From assembly GCA_038321965.1 (NCBI GenBank), contig JBBQFL010000016.1, forward strand, positions 12,832 through 76,831: DNA of 64,000 nt, in the 5' to 3' direction. Shown in pieces: positions 27,735 to 36,237 of this stretch. A program made the translations under genes and the position numbers. Origin of the DNA: Burkholderiales bacterium. Its GTDB lineage: Bacteria > Pseudomonadota > Gammaproteobacteria > Burkholderiales > Usitatibacteraceae. The notes beneath the pieces are model-generated. The model did no database searches. It was not told where the DNA came from and was given only the letters and a program-made list of their open reading frames with translations. The first letter of the stretch is position 1. Each line of letters opens with the position of its first letter.

Positions 27735-29195
27735 CTATTCAGGTTTCTGCTCACCAAGCTGTTTGCTGAGCATATCCCTGAGCGCATCCTCAGACTGCGA
27801 CGGTACAGGCGTGGTCTGCGCCGGCGCCACCGGTGTGTCGCGCCAGACGATATTCGGGAATACCAACACCAGCGCAAACACCATCAACTGCACCGCGAGG
27901 TAGGGCAACAGTGCTTTGGTCAGCGCACGACCGTCGAGATGGTGCGGCGTGCGATTGCGCACCATCAACACCGAATAGCCGAACGGCGGGACCAGGAAAC
28001 TCGCCTGCAGCATCAGCAGTGTGAGCACTGCCACCCAGGTTGCATCCGGAACACGCAACAACAGCGGCGGAATCACCAGCGGGATGACGACAAAAATCAT
28101 TTCGAAGGCATCGAGCACCAGCGCACATACGCCCAGGATCAGCAGCACCACCGCCAACGCGCCGTACCCACCGCCACCGATATCGGCAAGCAATGCCGCC
28201 AGCCAGCGATCGGTGCCGAAGGCGCGGATGATCAGCGTGAACACGGTCGCCGCGATCAGTAACGCAAACAACGCCCCGCTGATGACGATGGTATCGCGCA
28301 AAGTCGCTTTCAGCGTCTCGCGCGTCAAGGTGCGCGAGACCAAACCAAACCCGAACAGCGCGACGCCGCCGGTGGCTGCTGCTTCAACCGCATACAGATA
28401 GCCGAGTACAACACCGCCTAGCAGGCAGACAACAATTAGCGTCATCGATCCCGCAGTGACCCATTCGCCGCGCGTGAGCGGTGTGCCAATTACTTCGCGA
28501 GTGGCATTGCGGTGGCTAGACTGGCGGCGACTGGTCCACCACGTGGCCGCAATGCAAAGCGCAAGAAGAATCGCGGCCGGAATCAGCGCGCCGTGAAATA
28601 CATCTTGCGTATTGATGATGCGGCCCTCCCCGATCATCCTGCCACCAAGCGCGTTGACGGCCTCGGTATGCGCGCGAAGCATGGCGTCGCCAAGTAGGAT
28701 CAGCACCAGCGAAGGTGGAATCACCACGCCCAGCGTGCTCGACACGCAGACCAGCGCGGCACTGCGCTCAGCAGGCATGCCGGATGCGTCCAGCCGCGGC
28801 TGCAACGTGCGCGCGAGCATCGCCGCACCGGCGCCCACCGAGCCGTTCATGGGCGCGAGCAATGCGCCGAGTCCGAGACCTGCCAGCGGCATCCCACAGC
28901 CAGTCCATCTCAACGCGCGCGCGCCGGAACGCAACAATATTTCTGCAAGCGGCAGGCGGTTCAGAAGCGCACCCATGAAGACGTAAAGTGGCAGCGCCTG
29001 CAGGAGATCATTTTCAAGCAACCCCAACAGGCGGCTCGGAATGGCGCTTAACAACGGCAGCGTAAAAACACCCGCCCAAACCCCCACAACCACAAACACC
29101 AGTGCGACACCGATCAACAACACCCACGCCGGCAGTCCAGTGGCGACCATCATCACCGCGACTAAAACGAGCATCCATAAGCCGGCAGACTCCAT
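27735..29195 (-). CDS. dctM: TRAP transporter large permease (DctM family)
   Basis: Polytopic membrane protein of DctM type. Start overlaps the dctQ stop in an ATGA arrangement. Confidence 0.75.
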   Translation of the reverse strand: MESAGLWMLVLVAVMMVATGLPAWVLLIGVALVFVVVGVWAGVFTLPLLSAIPSRLLGLLENDLLQALPLYVFMGALLNRLPLAEILLRSGARALRWTGCGMPLAGLGLGALLAPMNGSVGAGAAMLARTLQPRLDASGMPAERSAALVCVSSTLGVVIPPSLVLILLGDAMLRAHTEAVNALGGRMIGEGRIINTQDVFHGALIPAAILLALCIAATWWTSRRQSSHRNATREVIGTPLTRGEWVTAGSMTLIVVCLLGGVVLGYLYAVEAAATGGVALFGFGLVSRTLTRETLKATLRDTIVISGALFALLIAATVFTLIIRAFGTDRWLAALLADIGGGGYGALAVVLLILGVCALVLDAFEMIFVVIPLVIPPLLLRVPDATWVAVLTLLMLQASFLVPPFGYSVLMVRNRTPHHLDGRALTKALLPYLAVQLMVFALVLVFPNIVWRDTPVAPAQTTPVPSQSEDALRDMLSKQLGEQKPE

Positions 29196-29683
29196 CAATG
29201 TGTGTCCGGCGCACGGGCGAGGATGACGTCGAGTAACGCCTGTATCAGCACCAGCAAGGCAAGTAGCGCAACGCAGGCGCGCACGACGAAATAGCCGGGG
29301 TTGATTGTTTCGGGGAAAGCCTCGAGCTGCAACAGCGATTGCAACACACCAGGCCATGCCGCATAAATGATGAAAGACGACCATGGAATCAACACGATGG
29401 CTGCAGCGCCGCGGTTCAGCCACCCACGCACGCGCAAGGGATAGCGGCGGGCGAAGGCGTCGGCGGCAAGGTGGGCGCGGTGCCGCGTTGCACAGGTGAC
29501 GGCGATGCTCACGTACAACGCAAACAGCAGTTGGGCGAAGTCATTGGCTTCGCGCGAATAGCTGTGCACCAGATCGCGCAACGGCCACTGCAGAAACAGC
29601 AACAGTGACACCGGCAGCACCAGCACCGCGGCCCACATCAACATCGTGCCGAGAATGCGGTCGAAGGCGATCAGCGCACGCAT
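29195..29683 (-). CDS. dctQ: TRAP transporter small permease (DctQ family)
   Basis: 162 aa with four TM helices, directly upstream of dctM. Confidence 0.65.
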   Translation of the reverse strand: MRALIAFDRILGTMLMWAAVLVLPVSLLLFLQWPLRDLVHSYSREANDFAQLLFALYVSIAVTCATRHRAHLAADAFARRYPLRVRGWLNRGAAAIVLIPWSSFIIYAAWPGVLQSLLQLEAFPETINPGYFVVRACVALLALLVLIQALLDVILARAPDTH

Positions 29684-29983
29684 GAACTCATTGCCATTTC
29701 CTAAGAGGTAAAAAATTCGGCCGGCTTCGCGGGCTCGCGCCTATCACGATGAATTTCGTGTTCCGGTCTGCAAAGCGACGTCGCTTGGATTGCCCATTTT
29801 AAGCAATGATCTTGCAAACTCTTCAATAATATATGGCGAAAGCAGTATTATGAAATCAAGTCAAAAGCATGACGCACTCAACGACCCGCGCACACCACCG
29901 CATCTTCAATCCGCCCGATCGGCATCGTGGGAACGTTATTCAACAATCCTGAGGCACCCTCATACTGTACGCAAGGTTCGCCA

Positions 29984-30619
29984 ATGACTTCAATTTCACA
30001 TGTCTTCAAGCGCACTATTCGAAGACCACGATTGCTAACATCCGCCATCGTTGCCATCGCACTCCTCCTGCTTTTGTTACCGACAGTGGCGCCGAGCCGT
30101 GCCATGTTGTTTTCGTTCAATGTCGGCGCGGGCCTGTTCCTCATTCTGATGTTCGTACTGATGTTTCGTGCGCCTGTTGCCACAATGCAGCGTCGCGCCA
30201 AAACACAGGATGAAAACAAGTGGTCAGTACTTGTTTTCAGTCTCATCGTCGCAGGCGTTGTCATATCAGCGCTCTCGCATGAGTTGCATGGTGCGAAGGA
30301 CAAATCCCTAGGTGACATCGTACTAGCAAGCAGTACCATTTTCATGTCGTGGCTGTTCGTTGCCGTCGTATTTGCGCAACAATATGCCCATAGCTATTAT
30401 CTGAAACCGGGCCAGCTTATTTTCCCCGGAACCGAATGCCCAGACTATCTCGACTTTATGTATTTTGCCGTCGTACTCAGCATGTGCTGTCAAACATCCG
30501 ACGTGGCAATCACCTCGTCATCGTTTCGACGTCTGGTAATGCTGCACAGCGTTGTGTCGTTTTTTTTCAACGTGATCATTATCGCTATCACGGTTAACGT
30601 GGTCGCGAGCGTGCTGTAG
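29984..30619 (+). CDS. DUF1345 family membrane protein
   Basis: MTSISHVFKRTIRRPRLLTS followed by multiple TM segments, typical of DUF1345. Confidence 0.55.
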   Translation: MTSISHVFKRTIRRPRLLTSAIVAIALLLLLLPTVAPSRAMLFSFNVGAGLFLILMFVLMFRAPVATMQRRAKTQDENKWSVLVFSLIVAGVVISALSHELHGAKDKSLGDIVLASSTIFMSWLFVAVVFAQQYAHSYYLKPGQLIFPGTECPDYLDFMYFAVVLSMCCQTSDVAITSSSFRRLVMLHSVVSFFFNVIIIAITVNVVASVL

Positions 30620-30992
30620 CTGCAGGCGGCGTTGCGGGGGCGTCGAGAAAAGGGCTTGACAACGGTATTAGTAAGCGTAAATTATGGTGCAGCGCACAAA
30701 ATACTGTGCGCCAACAAACATGTACCTGCCACATCCTTATCTGCACCTGGCTACAACGACTTTCTCTCCCGGGGAGATGTCCAGATTGTGCGCATGCAAC
30801 ATGAGCCGTGACGTTTGCAAAGGTCATGCATTCCGCATTTCTCAAGTGCTATTTTTCGGCGCACATACCCCGCAAGAATATTACTGCTGACGGCGCTCGC
30901 CGCAGTCCAAAAAATATTTAGCGCGGCCTCTGCCGATAGTTTTCGGCAGCCAGATCAGCGCTTTCCGCTCAATTTCTATTTCGGAGGATTCC

Positions 30993-33008
30993 ATGGGAAT
31001 CATCTCTTCAGGGTTGGTGTTCGCCATCATTTCGGTGATGGTCTTGCTGATATTCATTATTGCCAGCGGCTTGGTCCGTTATATCCCCAATGATCGATTG
31101 GGCGTACTTGAAAAAATGTGGAGTGCTCGTGGCTCCATCAAAGGTGGCTTGATCGCCCTGGATGACGAAGCCGGCTTTCAGCCCGATGTGGTGCGCGGCG
31201 GCTTTCATTTCTTCATGCCGTTTCAGTACCGCATCCATCGCGTGCCACTGGTCACCATTCCACAAGGCCAGATCGGTTATGTTTTTGCGCGTGATGGCGC
31301 ATCATTGCCGCCGACGCAAACGCTAGCATCCAACGAAACCGCGTCCGATTTCCAGGATGTTCGCGCATTCCTGCAGTCCGGTGGACAAAAGGGACCACAG
31401 CGCAAAATTCTGCGTGAAGGCAGCTACGCGATTAACTTGGCGCAATTCATCGTGCTCACAATGGACCGCCGCTATGCGATCAGCATGGAGGCGAGCGACG
31501 CTGCGTTGTTCGAGCAAATGTCGGGTGTGATTGCCCAACGTAATGGCTTCGAACCGGTGGTGATTAAGGACGCCGATGATTTGATCGGCATCATCACCGT
31601 ACACGACGGCCCTGCCCTGCCTGAAGGTGAAATCATCGCGCCCAGCGTGGGCAATGATGCAAACCGCATGAATCTTTTTCATAATAATTTTCAGGACCCT
31701 GAAAAATTCCTGCGCGCTGCTGGTTTTCGTGGCCGTCAACATCAAGTGTTGGCAGATGGCAGCTATTACCTCAATCGCCTCTTCGCCACCGTTGAACTGG
31801 TAAAGAAAACAGTCATCGAAGTTGGTACCGTGGGGGTGGTGGTGTCGTACACCGGCAAGACCGGACTCGATATGTCCGGCGACAAATATCGTCACGGCGA
31901 ATTGGTTGAGCCCGGTACACGCGGCGTCTGGAACAAACCGCTATTGCCTGGCAAATACGCATTCAACACCTATGCCGGCAAAGTGATCACGGTACCGACA
32001 ACTAATTTCGTCTTGAAATGGGTACGCGAAGCGGTGGGCCAACATCGTCTCGATGAAAACCTGTCCGAAGTCGCGCTCATCACCAAGGATGCCTTCGAGC
32101 CCACCCTGCCACTCTCGGTGGTGGTGCATATCGATTACATGAAGGCGCCGCTCGTGGTGCAGCGTTTTGGTGACATCAAACGGCTGGTCGAACAGACACT
32201 TGACCCAATGGTTTCGGCGTATTTCAAGAATATTGCGCAGACAAAAACGTTGATCGAGTTGTTACAGGAACGCAGCGATATTCAGGAAAGATCGGGCGAA
32301 GAAATGCGCGCCAAATTTGCCGCGTACAGCCTTGAACTCCAGGAAGTGCTGATCGGCACACCGCGCTCAGATAAGGAGAACAACGGCGGTATCGAGCAAA
32401 TCCTGACGCAGTTACGCAATCGGCAGGTTGCGGTCGAGCAGGTCGAAACCTACAAACTGCAGGAACTCGCTGCCGCGCAGGAACGTACGCTGCGCGAGAA
32501 GCAGGCTTTGGCGGCCCAGCAGGTAAACATCACCGCATCAGTGCTGTCGATCCAGGTTCGCGAAAATGAAGGCAAGGCCAAGCTTGCTCAGGCACGCCAG
32601 GAAGCAGACACCATTTTGGTCATCGCGAAAGCAAACGCCGAACGTGTGCGTACGGAGGGCCAAGGTGATGCAGATCGCATTCGCGCCGTCGGCTTTGCCG
32701 ATGCCGACAAAACCAAAGCCATCGGCATGGCGCAGGCTGAAGCAACGGCCAAGCAGGTCGAAGCCTACGGCGGTCCGCAGTATCAACTCAACAGCACGGT
32801 GCTGTTGCGTCTTGCGCAAGCGATCGAAAACGGTAAGCTGCCACTGGTGCCGACCATAGTCGTCGGTGGTAACAATGGGCAAGGCAGCTCAGGCAATTTG
32901 GTCGAAGCCATGCTGGCCATGATGATGGGCGAGAAAAATGGGCAAATGAATGCGCAGAAGGATATGACTCGCACAGCGCCACTATCGCCAACGGTGGCGT
33001 CGCACTGA
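30993..33008 (+). CDS. Flotillin-like SPFH/band-7 domain protein
   Basis: N-terminal TM anchor and an SPFH-like region, then a long coiled-coil rich in A/E/Q/K (...AQARQEADTILVIAKANAERVRTEGQGDADRIRAVGFADADKTKAIGMAQAEATAKQVEAYGG...) as in YqiK-type flotillins. Confidence 0.55.
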   Translation: MGIISSGLVFAIISVMVLLIFIIASGLVRYIPNDRLGVLEKMWSARGSIKGGLIALDDEAGFQPDVVRGGFHFFMPFQYRIHRVPLVTIPQGQIGYVFARDGASLPPTQTLASNETASDFQDVRAFLQSGGQKGPQRKILREGSYAINLAQFIVLTMDRRYAISMEASDAALFEQMSGVIAQRNGFEPVVIKDADDLIGIITVHDGPALPEGEIIAPSVGNDANRMNLFHNNFQDPEKFLRAAGFRGRQHQVLADGSYYLNRLFATVELVKKTVIEVGTVGVVVSYTGKTGLDMSGDKYRHGELVEPGTRGVWNKPLLPGKYAFNTYAGKVITVPTTNFVLKWVREAVGQHRLDENLSEVALITKDAFEPTLPLSVVVHIDYMKAPLVVQRFGDIKRLVEQTLDPMVSAYFKNIAQTKTLIELLQERSDIQERSGEEMRAKFAAYSLELQEVLIGTPRSDKENNGGIEQILTQLRNRQVAVEQVETYKLQELAAAQERTLREKQALAAQQVNITASVLSIQVRENEGKAKLAQARQEADTILVIAKANAERVRTEGQGDADRIRAVGFADADKTKAIGMAQAEATAKQVEAYGGPQYQLNSTVLLRLAQAIENGKLPLVPTIVVGGNNGQGSSGNLVEAMLAMMMGEKNGQMNAQKDMTRTAPLSPTVASH

Positions 33009-33538
33009 ACTTGGAGAATTCGCAGCTTCGATTAATGCCGCATTGATCAACATCGTTTATTTGCGCGGTTAAAGTGATTTAAAGCAATTGCGCTTTTCCC
33101 GGCTTGCAGGCGCAACACGTAGTTTGGCTGGTGCAGCGTTCCGTGCACCGGCCAAACGACGCACCCCAACAGGCCCGACAACATGCAGTTGGAATCCCCT
33201 CACTGGTCCGCGCATCGAGCTACATATCGCTTTGAGACCTATTAAAGGGCGACCCATCACAGAACTCTGGTGAGTTAGTCCTCCGCTTATGAGCATTTGT
33301 CCTGCATTAAATGGTGTCAAAGCCCCACGTGCTTAAGCACAGCAGACAACTAAGATGTTCATGTGACATTGGCGTTATGTGTGTGTTTTTCGATGCGCCA
33401 AGGATTGCACTACCGGATAAAACGCTTTCAACGAGATTTAAGGGCATTTGCCAAAATGGAATCGAACCTCGAGCGTCTATCAAGCCAACTTACCGGCAAT
33501 CCGGACGTAAAAATACCGACCCAACTGATAGGCAAATT

Positions 33539-34006
33539 ATGAACCTGCATCAACCACGGACCCGCGCTGTAACCTGCAAATCACGAATCGGCACCGCTAC
33601 GCATGCGGGTGACGGCGATTTTGAGCTCGCTCGCCCATTACGCATCTATCTGGTCGAGGATTCTCCGCATGTGCGGGATCTTTTACTGGATTTCCTGAAC
33701 GTGGCGAACGAAGTGGAAATCGTGGGCACCGCAGACAACGAAGTGGAATCGGTTAGGGCCATCCTGGCGGATCCGGTGGATGTGGTGATCGTCGATCTCA
33801 AACTGCGCGAAGGCAGTGGCATGGGTGTCATCGCGAAACTGCGGCAGGCACGTATGAAACAGCAGCCAAAAATTATCGTCTTCTCCAATCACCCTTTTGC
33901 TGCGATCAAGCAACGCGCCATGCAGTTGGGCGCGGACCATTTCTTCGATAAGTCGACCGAGTTCGAAGCGTTGCGGGCCGAAATATATGCGGTACGCGCG
34001 CACTAA
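33539..34006 (+). CDS. Stand-alone response regulator receiver (CheY-like REC) protein
   Basis: IYLVEDSPHVRDLL...VDVVIVDLKLREGSGM...KIIVFSNH is a REC domain with the phospho-acceptor Asp. There is no output domain and no adjacent histidine kinase. Confidence 0.7.
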   Translation: MNLHQPRTRAVTCKSRIGTATHAGDGDFELARPLRIYLVEDSPHVRDLLLDFLNVANEVEIVGTADNEVESVRAILADPVDVVIVDLKLREGSGMGVIAKLRQARMKQQPKIIVFSNHPFAAIKQRAMQLGADHFFDKSTEFEALRAEIYAVRAH

Positions 34007-34372
34007 ATGTCAGCCACACTCACACAGCAGTCAGAAATTAATGCGACAACATTCCGCGCACATGGTCGTCGTAGGCTGTCTCCTTCCCGGGGACGGGGGA
34101 AGGAACCAATCCGCATCACATAAGTCTTCTGTTGCCTAAATTAACCACTGTTGAGTAATGAAGCACTAATACCCTGCATTCCAGTGACCACAACCAGCAA
34201 GTAGGCTGCGGTGCCTGCACCGGATGAATCTGGCAATGGCCTGCCTGGTTTGGCGCCGACTTTAATGGGCTCGCAGTTAAACTCCTTTATCCTTTATCCT
34301 TTATCCACGCGCTGTTCGGAGCAATATTTGTCCGCGAGGCGCATAAATAGGCGTTCTACACGAATTTCTCTG

Positions 34373-36223
34373 TCAAATAGGCACATCTGGCGTTGCCGCC
34401 GACAATGGCGCACCTGCGTGCCAGCATATCTGCTCCATTCCATCCAGCATAGCCGTCAGCGCCTTTCGCGCTGCAGACTGATGGACCGGCAACACCACGA
34501 CATCACCCGCTTCCGCCCATTGAAGAAGTTGACGTGCAGCCTCAACTTCGTTGGCTTGCATGCAAATACGTTCAGCAGGGTAGTCTGCAGCGAGCAATGC
34601 ATCTTTCAACAGTGCCGAAACTTCACCCGCCGCGCGGCCTCGAAGCATGCTGGAAATTTCTTTGACGACGATAAGACTTGGCTTTGACGTCGCGGCAACG
34701 CGCGCGAGCTCTGCGATGGCTTCATTGCTGCGGTTACCCGCCTGACCAAGCAACAGCCCGATACGACGCGCATTACCGGCAACAGTTGATTGTTCACGTC
34801 GAATCACCTCCATGCCTTCTAGCAGCATTTTGAGTCCGTCTGGATTGTGTGCATAGTCGATCACCACGGTAATATCCGCCAGTTTCCAACAGTCGAGGCG
34901 GCCCGGATTGTGCAGCCGTGAACCGCCGAAGCGCTTCAGTTGCTCCGAAATAATTGCTGGCGAGATGCCTAGCGCAGATGCAGCAAGGGCCGCGGCGGCG
35001 ATATTGGCGATATTGAACATTGCCGCACCGTTCAGTGTCAGCGGCATATCATGGAAGTGACCAAGCGAAAAACGCTTGCTACCACGCGAAAGCATCAAGT
35101 GCTCTTCGACAAGGCCGCAAGTTTCTCCGCCTTGCTTTCGATGTGCCACCAGCGCCGGGTGCGAATCGTCGAGAGCAAATAGCGCGACCTTGCATACCTG
35201 CGTCGGCGCGCGCGCAAGCAGGACCTTGTCATCCGCGTTCAACACCAACGTGCCGTCCGTTCCCAGCGCGTGCCTGACGACCAGCTTCACATCAGCCAGA
35301 TCGTCCAGACTGTCGATGCCGTATTCACCAAAGTGGTCGGCACTGACGTTGGTGACAATGGCCACATCGGCCTTAACTACCGCAAGTCCGCGTCGCAAAA
35401 TGCCACCGCGCGCCGTCTCCAGCACGGCGGCTTCAACGCGTTTGTCGCGCACTACCAGCCGCGCGCCGGCGGGCCCCGAGAAATCGCCTTCGCCAATGTG
35501 CTCACCACCGATTACCACACCCTCGGTGCTGGAGTAGCCGACGTGGCCATCAAAGCGGGCGTCGCTCGCGGCAATCATTGCCGCGAGCAGGCGAACGCTA
35601 GTGGTCTTACCGTTGGAGCCGGTCACCAGCACCGTCGGGACGCCACGCAAAGCCGACCAGTCCATATGCTGTGCGTCCGGCAGCGCGGTCAACAGAAAAG
35701 TGACACTGTGCGCACCGGCACCCAGCGAGACCTTGTCGTCGTCCGCGAACAGCGGAACGCCGCGCGCATGTGCTGCCAACCGCAGTGCATCCATTCCGCA
35801 ATTTGTCTCAGACGCGGCACGCGTCTTGAGCGCAGCCACGACCTCCGCGAAACTCTCGTTCAGCACATGCAGTTGGTCGAACGGCCGTTTAATGGCAGCA
35901 TCGAATCCAGGCCGGAATATTCCACTTGCCTGCTCCCACGCCCACTCATTCACTTCCGTGGCCGTGAAGAGCGTCTCCATCGGCGCAGCAAAGGCCAATA
36001 ACGTTCCTCCAGCGTGCGGCAGCACAATGAGTTGCGCTTCAGTCCAGCCAAGTGCGAGGCATACAGCGGACGCCGCCTCGCGCCAGCGTTCATGCGCAGC
36101 GGAATCATGCGCTGTGGGTCCCAGCGCTTCGAGCACCACGCCGCTGCCCGCAAAGAAACGGTTGTGTCCCGTCAGACGACGTGAATCGCCGAAACAGGGA
36201 TTGGGTTCCGGCAGTGCCGCCAC
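34373..36223 (-). CDS. cphA2: Cyanophycin synthetase paralogue (CphA'/CphA2-like; Mur-ligase-type domain, no complete ATP-grasp)
   Basis: Mur ligase central motif VTGSNGKTTS plus a C-terminal ligase domain. Sits directly downstream of the full-length cphA. Confidence 0.6.
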   Translation of the reverse strand: MAALPEPNPCFGDSRRLTGHNRFFAGSGVVLEALGPTAHDSAAHERWREAASAVCLALGWTEAQLIVLPHAGGTLLAFAAPMETLFTATEVNEWAWEQASGIFRPGFDAAIKRPFDQLHVLNESFAEVVAALKTRAASETNCGMDALRLAAHARGVPLFADDDKVSLGAGAHSVTFLLTALPDAQHMDWSALRGVPTVLVTGSNGKTTSVRLLAAMIAASDARFDGHVGYSSTEGVVIGGEHIGEGDFSGPAGARLVVRDKRVEAAVLETARGGILRRGLAVVKADVAIVTNVSADHFGEYGIDSLDDLADVKLVVRHALGTDGTLVLNADDKVLLARAPTQVCKVALFALDDSHPALVAHRKQGGETCGLVEEHLMLSRGSKRFSLGHFHDMPLTLNGAAMFNIANIAAAALAASALGISPAIISEQLKRFGGSRLHNPGRLDCWKLADITVVIDYAHNPDGLKMLLEGMEVIRREQSTVAGNARRIGLLLGQAGNRSNEAIAELARVAATSKPSLIVVKEISSMLRGRAAGEVSALLKDALLAADYPAERICMQANEVEAARQLLQWAEAGDVVVLPVHQSAARKALTAMLDGMEQICWHAGAPLSAATPDVPI

Positions 36224-36237
36224 TTCGGACAGTGCGT

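Noticed and set aside
33460-33520. tRNA-like string GGAATCGAACC (resembles the reverse complement of a T-arm) in the 530-bp spacer before the response regulator
   Set aside because: No complementary T-stem, acceptor stem or anticodon arm can be built around it. A local CCGG-CAAT-CCGG palindrome is the only structure present.
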